Below, piece after piece: positions 26,675 through 40,000 of a stretch of DNA of 64,000 nucleotides. The stretch is from the NCBI RefSeq assembly GCF_009914755.1, contig NC_060947.1; one strand, 5' to 3'. How positions within the stretch are numbered: the stretch's first letter is position 1; each line of letters begins with the position of its first letter. The position numbers were made by a program, and so were the translations under genes. Origin of the DNA: the human T2T-CHM13v2.0 reference genome, Homo sapiens. The notes under the pieces were generated by a model that ran no database searches, had not been told where the DNA came from, and saw only the letters and a list, made by a program, of their open reading frames with translations.

Positions 26675-28719
26675 GTGGTCGGCCCTAAGTGCATCCCTAG
26701 GTTGGCAAAGCTTTGCTTATGGGCTCAGATAAGTCTCCTCCCTTATGGCAGAAGTGAGAGGAAGGTCCTCTCCCAGCCCCAAAGCTCAGGCTTTGTTTCC
26801 TGTGACTAAAGCCTCCCAGCCCAAGGATCCTGGACACACATCAAGAGAGCTCCCTTGGAGCCGAGTCCTAAATGTCCTATTGGGGGTTGGGGGGGAGAAA
26901 AGACAATAACCCTACAACAAAAAACAAGCCTAGCAAATGATTTCTTAAGCCAGTAAAAAACTCATGCGAAAGACTCTGTACAGACTCAACAGAGATTTCC
27001 AGGACGTCATCCATCTCCCTAAAATACGCATTTCAAGTTCTCCATTGTGTTTTTGGTACTGTAAAATGTATGTTGATTTAAGCTGTTCTCATGTTACACA
27101 GTGGGGTTGCTTTTGGCCTCTGTGAGATGCCAAGCACCTTGGCAGGACTCAGAATCCACTCCCTATGCGACTCCTCGGTGTCTTCTTCACTTGGCATAGG
27201 TGCTGTGGTTGTCAGCAACTGAATGAAGCTGATGTTTTGGCTTTGGGCCTTGCTAGAGAAAGCTGACATCTGTCCAAATGACAATACAGCACCTGTAAAG
27301 GAACAGAGATGAAGGTACAAAGACGTCGCTATCTGTACAGTGGTGAAGCACCCACACCTGCACTTTGGAGACAGCTGTAGGGCTTGGATTTGCAAATCCT
27401 GGCATGTGCACAGAATTGGGCTTTGACTTGGGTGTGGTAACACTTCTGTTAGAATGCTAGGGGAAAGTCTCTTTGATAATGTGGGGTGGGGCATGACAAC
27501 TCATTGGCATCTTCTCTCAAGCTTGGAACCAGAGTCGCAAAACCAGATGTTTTGGTTGAAGGAAGTGTGGTAAGTGGATTTGATAATAAGGAAGGCATCA
27601 AAATGCTTTGCATGGCTGGTATGGGAATACTGGGGTGCCTTTTATCAACTCTTACCTCTAACCCGACTACCTTTGGGAATACTTTAGTAGTAAATAATTA
27701 TTGTGTTAAATCATGCCATGTGATTAATTTGGGGAAACAGAAAATTATCTTCATGTGGAAAAACAATAATAGCATGTCTTCAAACTACTCAGTCAATAAA
27801 CATTTCTTATGTTGAGAGTAATTATATATATATATATTTCACATTTGAGATAGTTCATTCGATAATCACTTATTTCTATACAAAATGTGGTAAGAATATT
27901 GGGAAACATTTGCCCATGAATAATACCCACAACATGCCTCTTCAATTTATAGCCTAATTTGACTTGGCAGACATTTTGCACTCAAAAGCGTGGGATTGAG
28001 CCAAATCTAACCTCACCACTTTTATTTTATCAAAACCTGGAATATTTCATCATAGCAAACCTGTAAAAGGGGTTTCTTTTTAATTATCTTCTTAAAACAT
28101 TTAGCATTACAAATTCATCATTCGATTGGCTATTTGCCTGGAAGTTATCACACATGGGAAAAATGCCAATATTTGCAAACCCCAGGGTGGTGAATCACTG
28201 CAAACAAAACTGATGACTATATAGAATAATTGTTGTCAAGTCTTTGACAAAGTCCTGAAAAGTGTGTCTCCTGATGTTTTCAAAATGTACTCTGAAATTA
28301 AAAAGTAGGGTTAATGTCCTTTGTAAAATGAAAATGATTATAAATTATCCCATTACCTAGAGAAGGAAGAGAGGAGAGAAAAAGGAATAGCTTTTGTAAA
28401 AGAACTTCGGGGTTAGCTATATTCATTAATATACATCAGTGGTCAAACCTAAGGAGTCTTGCAAGAAAGTTAGGCACAGCCAAATCGCAAGTCTTCAGTT
28501 CTGCACAGAGAGTCTGGACAACTACACACGGTAGTGATTGTCTCTCCAGCCGCATATTAGAATCAATTCAAAATCTTTCAGAACATCCCGCTGTTCAGAT
28601 TCTGATGGAATCAGTAAAGTGTAGCTCAAAAAACAAAAACAAAACAGAACAAAAAAACACCTCGAACATATCAAGTCACATTGACATTTAACTTGCTCTC
28701 CACCTCTACATAGATAATA

Positions 28720-29020
28720 TATTTAGTATCCTATACATTTACTATCATATACATTCCATATGTATATCAAATTTCATACTTATATGCATAGTATACCATA
28801 CATATATACACAGTATTTATACATACATACAACATATTTTATGATATATAATATTCTAATATATATAGTATCTCATGCATATATATAATACATAGTACTC
28901 TGCATATAAATGGTATTTCATGCAGTAGTACAGCGTATTTCACACATATATAGTCTATGCATATATACAGAGTATTTCATACACATATGCATATTTACCC
29001 ATAGATTTAACAAGCTATGT
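28720..29020. repeat. TA/CA-rich low-complexity region
   Basis: Degenerate (CATATA)n, with AGTATTTCA recurring. Confidence 0.7.
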
Positions 29021-29160
29021 AGTATCTTTTGCAACTTGCCCTTATTGGAGGACAGTCTGACAGGCAGAAAAGATTAGTGGTTAACTACAAGGACACTGGA
29101 ACTCAATGGCCTGGGATTATTTTCAGGCTCTGCCACTCGGTAGCTATATGACTTTGGGCT

Positions 29161-29457
29161 TTTTTTTTTTTTTTTTTTTTTCTTATGGAGTCTCGCTCTG
29201 TCACCCAGTCTGCAGTGGTGCAATCTTGGCTCACTGCAACCTCCGCCTCCTGGGTTCAAGAGGTTCTCCTGCCTCAGTTTCCCTAGTAGCTGGGATTACA
29301 GGCCATGCCACTATGCCCAGCTAATTTTTGTATTTTTAGTAGAGAGGGGGTTTCACCATGTTGGCCAGGCTGGTCTCGAACTCCTGACCTCAGGTGATCC
29401 GCCTGCCTCAGCCTTCCAAAGGGCTGGGATTACAGGCATGAGCCACTGCGCCCAGCC
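29161..29457 (-). mobile_element. AluSx-like SINE inserted in a MIR
   Basis: Poly-T plus Alu reverse complement; TSD TGGGCT; MIR-like flanks (GCTCTGCCACT..TAGCTATATGACTTTGGGC). Confidence 0.9.
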
Positions 29458-30283
29458 TGGGCTACTGGTTTAAATGATCTTTGCCTCACTGTCCTCAGCT
29501 TTAAAATATGGCCAGCCATAGGGTGGCTGTAGAAATGAATGAAGGAATGTCAATAATGCACTTAGTGTACCTTACAATTAGTGGTTCCTCAGTAAATGTT
29601 AGCTGTAGAGGTTAATTCCATTAGTGGTCTCTCAAGTAAACTACAAAAAGCTACAGGCAGGGCCTTGTGAAGCATCCTGTGCCATACCGAGGTGGACCAC
29701 CCTACGAAGGAATGTAAGATGCTTCCTATTATTCATAATGAAGCCCATTGCATATGATTGGCTGCTGTTTGAGATGGGGAAGGAAATATAGGGGATGAAA
29801 AGGTCAAGTCGGCATCAGTTTTGTATTGCATGATAGTCTGGTGCTATAAGTATAATGACTGATCAATGCTAATTGGCTGTCTCTGTGACTGCCCTTAAAT
29901 CACTACCAGCTGCCCCTTGGAAGCTATTTCACAAGGCTCAGAAAAGAGAAGTCGTTTCCACTAATAACACTCGACAGCATCCCAAATTACATTTGCCTAG
30001 CCCTATATTTTATCAGTATTTCTCAGGATAAATTCCAAATTATACTCAAAAGAAGATCGAAAGGAAGACGCCTGTGATAGCTCTACCTATATTTATCTAC
30101 ATGTGTATGTATTTGCATGCATTTTCATGTCTGCATCTACATCTTTATATGTAACTTAATCCAGGGAATTTGAGGAGAAAAACTTCAGTATATTCTGATG
30201 CACTGAGATAAAAATGTGATGCTTCAATATGACTTTTTGCTTCTTCAGCTCTGCAAGCAGGAATGTTTCTAACATTTATCATT

Positions 30284-30476
30284 CAATAGCTTCTCAGGGT
30301 CTGGAAGAGTGGTTTGCGGCACTGGGCACATATTAGAATCACCTGGGGACCCTTTAAACTAGCACTAATGTGCAATGTCCATACTTCTCTCCTGATCTTT
30401 AGGTGCCAGAGGACACTGGACTTCTTAAAAGCTCCCCTGGGAGTTCTAATAGGCAGCCAGTTTTGAAAGCCTCTGA
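30284..30476. mobile_element. MER5-family hAT remnant
   Basis: CACATATTAGAATCACCTGGGGA...AAGCTCCCC.GGGAGTTCTAAT.GGCAGCCAG. Confidence 0.65.
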
Positions 30477-30999
30477 CCCAGGGTCAGAATCATGCTAATA
30501 ATCAGAGTCAATTGTGCAAAACTCAATCTTTAAGTATTACCTTAATCTGAAACTCGATTATTCTTCCTACTTTGGGCAATCTTTAGTTTTCTAGCCAATA
30601 AAGGATTTCACTCTTCTTTTTCTTTTCTCAAATCCACGTCTAGACTATAAATGTGCACCAGGATTTCTCTCAGTGAAATGATTTTTCAAATCTATAGATT
30701 TTTACGTACTCAAACATTTTGTTTCCTTGGACAAGATGGATTTTTCTAAACAGACTTGTTATGTGCTCGGCCACTTTATGAAAACAATTCACTGACAGAA
30801 ATTGAAGATGGCATCACATGCATATTGAGTCGATCATTCCTAGAATGTTAAAGTTAAAATCAGCACAAAGTACATTGCACTCAGCCCTAGGGAAATGTGC
30901 AAAAATCTGCCATACCTCCTTAAAACTAATTTATTTAAGTCATTGTGTGTCCCTTAGATGTTTATCTACTTAAAACACAATGACTCATTTGTGTAAACA

Positions 31000-31280
31000 G
31001 ATTGCAAATAATTTGTGTGTAAAATTGAATAGAACCAAGTACATACAAACACCCACACACACAGAACTGTGTGTATATCAAATCTATGAGATCTGAATAA
31101 AGGATATGGTTTGTATCAATGTCAATTTCCTGGTTGTGATACTATACTGTAGTTTTGAAAGATGTCGCCATTGTGGGAAACTAAATGAAGGGTTCAGGAT
31201 AGTTCATAATCTCTATTATTTCCTACAATTGCATGTGAATCTACAATTTTCTCAAAATACAAAGTAAAAAAAAAAAAAAG
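31000..31280 (+). mobile_element. L1MC/MD-type 3' end
   Basis: TGTATCAATGTCAATTTCCTGGTTGTGATA; TGCATGTGAATCTACAATT; A tail then (GA)n. Confidence 0.75.
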
Positions 31281-31944
31281 AGAGAGAGAGAGAGAGAGGG
31301 AGAGACTCCTTTAAAGAAGATTGGCAAATGACATAGGGCTTGGATTTGAATTTAAATTTCACAAAACACAGGGAGCCCTGGACTCCACATTGTTCCTTAT
31401 CAGTTCTAGTTCTCCCAACTACTTCAATTTCATACATAGAATATATGTAAAATTTACTCAGTAACATTTACTCTACAGTGTTCCCATTTCAAAATTTGCT
31501 GTGGCACCTAAATCAGACCTCTGGCCCTTAGTCATGATGCAAAAGAACTGTAGTCTTCAGTACTTATGTCTTTGGTTTCACGGTCTCTCCTTCTCTCCCC
31601 ACCCTTATCTTAGTCTTTCTTTGCCTTACTTTCTAAATGCCCTCTTAATTCTATTTTGTTTCCATTCTTAGATTTTGCTTTTCCAAATTCTTCTTACTGT
31701 GTTCTGTGTAGATTAGAACCTTCTATTACACAGATCTTACATAAACTGCTCACTTTCCTCATCTTATTCTAAATTTCATTCTGTCACTGCCAGGGATTGA
31801 ATATCAAGAAGTGTTGGTACAAATACAACCAACTCAATTTTCTATTAGTTGCTCTAAATTGTTTTAGGGATTACAAACCTTCCACCCCCACCCCCACCTT
31901 AGTGATTTGGCATTTTAATTTTTTTATATGATTAATTCAATTTT

Positions 31945-33019
31945 CTTTTTCTTCTTTTAACTTTTATTTTAGGCTCAGGGGTACAATTGCAAGTTTGTTA
32001 TATGGGTAAACTCTTGTCATAGAGGTTTGTTGTACAGATTATTCCATCACCCAGGTACTAAGCCTAGTACTCATTAGTTATTTTTTCCTGATCCTCTCCC
32101 TCCTCCCACCTTCCACCCTCAAGTAGGTCCCAGTATCTGTTGTTCCCTTCTTTGTGTTCATGTGTTCTCATCATTTAGCTCCCACTTATAAGTGAGAACA
32201 TGTGGTATTGGCTTTTCTGTTCCTGTGTTGGTTTCCTAAGGATGATGGCTTCCAGCTCCATCTATGTTCCCGCAAAGGAGATTATCTTTTTCCTTTTTTG
32301 TGGCTGTATAGTATTCCATGGTGTGTATGTACCATATTTTCTTTATACAGTCTACCAGTGATGAGCATTTAGGTTGATTCTATGTTTTTTGTGATTGTGA
32401 ATAGTGCTGCAATGAACATTTGCATGCATGTGTCTTTTTGGTAGAATGATGTATATTTCTTTGGGTATATATCCAGTAATGAGATTGCTGGGTCAAATGG
32501 TATTTCTGCTTTCAGCTCTTTGAGGAATTGCCACACTGCTGTTCACAATGGTTGAACTAATTTACACCCCCACCAACAGTGTATAAGTATTCCCTTTTGT
32601 CTGCAATCTTGCCAGTACCTGCTATTTTTTTCTTTTTAATGAAATACCCATTCTGCCTGGTGTGAGATGATATTTCATTGTGGTTTTGATTCGCATTTCT
32701 CTAATGATCAGTGATATTGGGCTTTGTTTTATATGCTTGTTGGCCACATGTATGTCTTCTTTTGAAAAGTGTCTGTTCATGTCCTTTGCCCAAATTTTAA
32801 TGATATTTTTTTCTTGTATATGTGTTTAAGTTCCTTATCGGTGCTGGATGCTGGATGTAAGACCTTTGTTACATGCATAAGTTGCAAATATTTTCTCCCA
32901 TTCTCTAGTTTGTCTATTTACTCTGTTGACAGTTTCTTTTGCTATGAAGAAGCTCTTAAGTTTAATTAGATCCTATTTGCCAATTTTTGCTTTTGTTATG
33001 ATTGCTTTTGGTGTCTTCA
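31945..33019 (-). mobile_element. L1PA13-16-like 3' end (~1.1 kb)
   Basis: CCATCACCCAGGTACTAAGCCTAGTAC; GCTCCCACTTATAAGTGAGAACATG; GAAGCTCTT.AGTTTAATTAGATCC. Confidence 0.88.
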
Positions 33020-33033
33020 ATCTGACATTTTTA

Positions 33034-33068
<35 letters not shown>
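33034..33068. repeat. (CA)n microsatellite
   Basis: About 17 AC units. Confidence 0.95.
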
Positions 33069-33071
<3 letters not shown>

Positions 33072-33212
33072 GATTTTTCCAAGCACTGTTACATGACCAT
33101 CTTCACAGTAACCATGAAGTGAGTGGCAAAATCCTTACTTTGGGTGGGAATACCAAGGCAGAGAAAGGATAGGCAGGCACACTCTCTGTGTTTCTGCACA
33201 AGAGAGGGCACA

Positions 33213-33504
<292 letters not shown>

Positions 33505-33530
33505 TCTTACTCTTTTCAAAAATTTTTCTT

Positions 33531-33893
<363 letters not shown>

Positions 33894-34326
33894 TTACAAC
33901 AAAGCTGTATTCTCAGGACTCATTTGTGTAAAAAAATACCTCCCCAATGGAAACAATACTAAAAATATTTCTTGGGTTTTCGGTCCCTGCCAAGACACTC
34001 CACTGGCCCTAAGAACCTGCTTACCCTGTGGTGTAGCTCAAGAAGTAAAAGAATGTGAAGGAAGTTGGATTCTTATTGCAGCCTTCAAGCCCGATCTCTG
34101 GGTCAGTAGCCCCAGCCTCTCTGATCTTTGATGAAGAATGGAGGTTGGAGACCAGTGTGAGGTGCCCAAGCTGTGCAGCTGATTGGCTGGGTGAAGCCTC
34201 AGAGAATGAGTGGATAAGAACTCCCAGGAAAACTCCCAGGAAATTCAGGCCTCAGGGACTGGGGAGGGTCAAGCCTGGGGCCACTGGCATGGGTGCTCAT
34301 GCTGTAGGGTGGCGGCAGCAGCCATT

Positions 34327-34745
34327 GAAAGAAATCAAAATATTTCACCCCCAAATAACCCTTCTTTGACATATTTAGAGATGGCTGTTCAGAGGGCCTG
34401 AAAATAACAGCCCTACAAAGCTGTCTTTTGTGGGGGAAATTGGCATCTGTAGATGTAGAGAAAATCTGCATTGATGCATTGCTGCAGCCAGGCTTTCTCT
34501 GACACCCACTCCCTGCCCCCGTGTCTGGATCTAGGAAAAATTAACTAAAAGCCTAACACCTTTAAGGTCTGAAAGAAACAGTCACCATCTATTCTCTCTA
34601 AAGGCTGCGACCTGGGAGGTTTCATCTGCGTAACAAGACCACCTTTGCTAGTCAGGACTTCTCTTCTCTCCCTCCCATAAATTGTGTTGCCAAGATCCGA
34701 GCCCCCATTCTTTCTGTAACTTCAAGATGGCATAAAAGCGTCAAG
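34327..34745 (+). mobile_element. MER34-like ERV1 LTR (partial)
   Basis: TGAAAGAAATCAAAATATTTCACCCC...TTTGACATATTT.GAGATGGCTGTTCAGAGGGCC. Confidence 0.6.
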
Positions 34746-34747
34746 CA

Positions 34748-35290
34748 ATCCTCCACTGATAGCCTTGATAGGCTGTTTCCATACCTCTACTATTGTGAAT
34801 AGTGCTGTGATAAACATGTATCTTTTTCATATAATGATTACTTTTTCTCTGGGTAGATACCCAGTAGTGGGACTGCTAGGTCAAATGGTAGTTCTATTTT
34901 TAGTGCTTTGAGAAATCTCCATACTGTTTTACATAGAGGTCATGTTAATTTACATTATGACCAACAGCATATAAGTGGTCCCTATGTACATAATGGAGTA
35001 TTATTCAGCCATAAACAAGAATGCAATCATGTCTTTTGCAGCAACATGGATGGAATGGAGGCCATTATCTTAATTGAAATGACGCTGACACAAAAAGACA
35101 AATGCCACATATTCTCATTTATAATTGGGAACTAAATAATGTGTACACATGTACATAGAATGTAGAATAATTGACAATAAACACTTGGAAAGGTGGGAGG
35201 GTCAGAGGGTGGGAGAGTGGGAGTAAAGAGAAATTACTTAATGGGTACAATATATATTATTTTGGTGAATGCCCTAAAAGCCTTTATTTC
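34748..35290 (+). mobile_element. L1PB-like 3' fragment with inverted 5' part
   Basis: ~34748-34980 is antisense L1 (GTAGATACCCAGTAGTGGGA); ~34983-35290 is sense 3'UTR (ATTCAGCCATAAA, GCAGCAACATGGATGGAA). Confidence 0.8.
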
Positions 35291-35772
35291 TTATGCTTTT
35301 TTTTCTTAGGCATTTTTTCCAATTCATCAGCAATTATGGGTCAATTGCATGTCAAAGTGGGGATGTACAAGCCTCTCAAAACTCTACTTAGATAATGGAG
35401 ATTTAAAGGCTTATAGTATAGTACGTAGTATTGAAAAACAATTGAGTAGTATTGAAATACAGGTGAATGCTTATTGGCATTGCATATATCTACAATTTTA
35501 GGAGTAAATATTGGTGGCAAAAGAAAAACAGCTTAAAATTGTATATCCTTGACTTAATATACCACTAAAACCATCAGGAGTTACAATTGTAAACATGATG
35601 ATAGAAATCTGAAGTGTTGGTTGTCAAACTCCAAGATACTTTCATTAGGATGAAGTGCTGTCTTGTTAACATTTACCAGACCTCAAATTCCATTAACACT
35701 GACATGGAAAGAGACTTTTTGAATCTCCTTGGCAGCAGGAACTGTCCATTTTTCCTCTTAAATTCAATAAAG

Positions 35773-35912
35773 TTTCTTTTCTTTTTTTTAAGTTTGGAGA
35801 CAGGGCCTTGCTATGTTGCCCAGGCTGGTCTCAAACATTCAGGACTCAAGTGATCCTTCAGATTCAGCCTCCCGAGTAGCTGAGACTACAGGTGCATGCC
35901 ACTGTGCCCAGC
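35773..35912 (-). mobile_element. FLAM (free left Alu monomer)
   Basis: Single monomer, GAGACAGGGCCTTGCTATGTTGCCCAGG...ACTGTGCCCAGC. Confidence 0.8.
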
Positions 35913-35968
35913 AAAAATGTTTCTTTAAGAAATAAATGAGTCGACTCCTTGGTCTGGTTTAAGGATAC

Positions 35969-35974
35969 TTTATT
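35969..35974 (-). terminator. ANOS1: Probable main ANOS1 polyadenylation signal AATAAA (cleavage ~35950)
   Basis: TTTATT on + strand; upstream UGUA elements and downstream U-rich tract; gives a ~4.1 kb UTR, consistent with the ~6.3 kb mRNA as recalled. Confidence 0.75.
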
Positions 35975-36818
35975 ATTGAACCAGTATGTACAAACTCTAA
36001 CATGAAAATAATGAGTCACAGAATATCAAGACTATTTACAATACTTTTTTGTTTTTTACAAAACATTTTTACAAGATTACTTCTCTCTAAATAATGTGAC
36101 AGACATACACAAAAATCCAACTTTTTTTATTACATACATAAATAAATATTGACTTTAAATGACCACTGTAAGGGACATGAATTCTACAGACCACTTGGAT
36201 GAGAAGGTAGCAGTTTTGTTATCTGCACACTACAATATAATTAAGTAAAGGGGAAAAGTAACTTTATATAGACCTCTGTTAATCACTCCGTAAATCATAT
36301 AACTCACTAGAATATTCAGTAGAGGTAAGACAGTCATGAGAATCCTCTCCGTACCTGACACCGAGTCTGACCATGCAAAATCACAGGTAAGAGTCAACAT
36401 CTTTATATATCTGTTTATATTTTATAATAAACTTTAAAGTACATGCAACAGATATTTAGCCATTGTGTTCTGCCTATAATATGAAAGTTTATATAATAAG
36501 TTTTAGAGTTATTTGCAACCATAGAAATGAGTAAACTTGAAAACCCACGGCATAAGAAAGGGCATTAAATAAATAAGTCAAAATCACAAATGACATTTAC
36601 GGATACATAGGGCAAAATTAGTATTTGTACTTGTATGATACAGACACGAGTCAAAATTCCGTCTTTTAATCAAGTTGTTTAGTGGACATAAAAAACACAG
36701 TTTAGGCCTTTGAAGTCAACCATAATAACTTCTTAGCTGTCCCTTAGTTTTTGGGACTTGCTCTAGAAATTCACTGGGTTTCTTATAAAGGGCAAATTCA
36801 GTAAAGATCATTCTCTAG

Positions 36819-37034
36819 CAATGGTTCTCAACCAGAGGTACCATCCCTCAAGGGGTAGCTGGCAATATCTGGAGACATTTTTGGTTGTCTCAACTTGGGG
36901 GAGGGTGCAACTGGCATCTGGTGAGGAGAAAGTGTGGATGCTACTAAAAACCTACAGTGCACAAGACAAACCCCCACAACAGAGAACTATCCAGCCCCAA
37001 AAGTCAATAGTGTTGAGGTTGAGATGAACCTCTG
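36819..37034 (+). mobile_element. MER20 (hAT-Charlie) inside the ANOS1 3'UTR
   Basis: CAATGGTTCTCAACC..GGCAATATCTGGAGACATTTTTGGTTGTC..AAAAGTCAATAGTG.TGAGGTTGAGA. Confidence 0.88.
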
Positions 37035-40000
37035 TATACAGTCGGCTATGTATCTAAGGTTTTCAGGACACAGATGTATTTCTAATCTTTGAACTTCGTT
37101 TAATACACATTACAAAAAATTACCTGCCATAAACCTTATCTTCTCTACCATGTCATATTAAAACAGTGAATGACTGAAAAGAGCACATGTTGGTTTGCAA
37201 ACATCATTCTATGGAGTTCCAGGTAGAAAAACAGGGTAACACAGATAAATTCATCATTAAGGAGCAAATGTTGTAAATAAAAATAATGCATGTAACTGCA
37301 ATGTATGTCAGATTAACCACCTGTATTTGATGACAATATTTTTGATGAGCTCAATTTTTTAAACAGTCAATACTATTACTGGATATATTTTTCTCACATT
37401 AGAGAAATGAATCTAATTTCAATAAAACATATTACAGAATTAGGCACCAAAACTATGTTTGTTAAAAAGCATAGATTTTATTCTTTATTAGAGCAATCAC
37501 ATTTTTAAAATTCAAAAAATTATAACTATATTTTTGATCATTTGAATAATACTGGAGCTTATTAAAATCCATAAGAGAAACACATGTTTTTTATTAGCCC
37601 ATTAATAGCATTTTTCTTCCAATAACACCAATAAAATTTAAATTATTTATTTATATTAAAATTAGAAGCCCATAAGAGCTGCTTTAGATTTTTTTAAGGG
37701 AGATGTAAGCTTCAGAATCACCATCTGAACTAAAAATATCTGTCCAATGTCTATTACCCAGACAAAAGAAGCATGATTAAATTTTATAAAATTAAATTTA
37801 TGTAATAATTTAATAATATTTTGTATCTATGCAGAGACTCCCAGCATTTTTAACTATGCAACAGTACAAAAATTTGCTGGCATAAACATTTGAATTTGTT
37901 CATGACAAGTTCATGTAAAAGATAAATGGATAGCTAATAATGAAAAATTTTAATTTTTGAAATTTTAAGAACTTGAAATTCAGATGCTGGTAATGACACC
38001 AGAATAAAAAAGAGAAGCTATCTATGGTATCCATTTATTCAAGCTTAGGGATGTTTTCAAATGAAGATTGTTTTCTATTTTTGCCACTCAAAAATTCTTA
38101 GAACCAGGTAATTTCATAACTCAATGTGATAAATCCATCCCAGCTTGTGACAGGAGCTGCAGTGAACCATTCAGAACCAACATGAACTTTCATTCTGAGG
38201 TGTCCAATTTATGTTACTTGTACAAAGCTGCAAAACATTCCTGGAATATCCACTTTTTAAATATTTTAACACACAGGAAATGGGTTTCAATATCTATTAT
38301 CAGGTATCCATGTTTATAAATGTGTTTCCCAAAGACATGCATCAACATCAGAAAAGTTATTTTCCCTGCATTTTAATTTGCATCTACCTTTAGACACTGC
38401 AGTGAGGCTCTGTGGAGTACAGTGACTTCTGAGTTATCCACTCTTCCCAGGAATGGCCAGGCATCTGCATGAATTCAGGAAACAATAAAACAACAAGAAG
38501 CAAGTACCATTGTCAAAACCTAAGGATAATGTTACTGATTTTCTTCCTGTTTTACTTAGGTAGGTAAAGACATATGGACACCTTTCTTTTACAGTGTTTA
38601 ATTTTGATAAATTGCTCTTTTCTCAGAATCAGCATTGATGGGGAAAATATATTATCCTTATGACCTTTAAAAGAGCTGTATCTTTACTCACCATTGGTGA
38701 GCTACGAAAACGATTTCTCCAGGGATTCATGCTCAAGGTATATTCATGTATATGCATGTGTCTGTGTGTATATACATGTATATGTACATATATTTGCATA
38801 TATATACACATGCATTTATAATTATATAGACATGCATATCTATGCACATTTCAAACCATGTATGTGAGTATTCCTTCAAGAAAAAAAACAGTATTAAATT
38901 AAACTTCTCTGCGTTTTAGGTTGTTACAATATACACTGCAACACTCTATATTGATAACACGTTTTGACTTAAGTTCATGCTACAAGGCACTAATTTGTAG
39001 CATAAAACATTTCCAAAAAGTAAGATATACTAGATTTGAAAGCATATGGGTGAATTAAATGCAAATAACTGTCCTTCTCTATCAATCAAAGGAATTTTTA
39101 AAACATTACCAATAATATTCTAGCACACAAAGACCTTTCTTTGATTAAGAAAAGGCAAATCTCTGCAAAGATTTAAACATGCTCAATAGTTGGGATTTTT
39201 TCATTTGAAGCAAGAAGTTTTGTGAATTTTCAGATGGTGAAACAAAAGTGCACCAAAAGCTATTATCTGCATTGAGGAAAATAAGGGAAAATATAAATAA
39301 GATAACATATCAGGAAAATCTCTCACATAATAGGATCAAATATTAAAAGGCATCCCCAAGAAATAATTTTCATTTCTCCAAGGTAAAATCTGATTAGCAG
39401 CTTATTTCATTGAGTTCCTCTGGCTTGGGTGTCTTTTGTAAATCATAATTTATAGAGGGAACTTTGATTTACCTTTGCATAAAGAGCAGCACAAGGTACT
39501 TAAAGTAGGAGCATTTTTAGATTTAAATTCGCTGGTATATTTTAGATTACACATTTTCATTTAAAAATCACCTAGGATAAAAATGATCTTAGGAAAGATT
39601 CAAAAAAACAAAGCTGTGTAATCTTAGTTGATTTTTCATATCGAATCAATAATTTAGTCAAAAATATATTTTATTGATTAGATTTACGCTTAGTGTTATG
39701 TGTGAATTGTGTATTTGTTACTCTCCTTTTTGGGGCGGAGTTTGGTGCTCCAAATTCAGGGAAAACTGAGTTCTGTTGTAATTCAATAGAAATGAGCGAC
39801 ACCATACATGAAAACAAAATTTAGCATTAAACAGGCCTATTCTTCATTTTCTCCATGCTTGTAGGGAACTGGTGTCTGTCTTCACCAATCTACTGTTTCT
39901 CACTTGTCTCCAGATGCGTCCATGATTGACAGAAGTTCTTCCTGCACTAAAGTCACATAGGAGAGTCCGGGCCTCTGAGCAGTTCCCACTGCCTCTGGAA

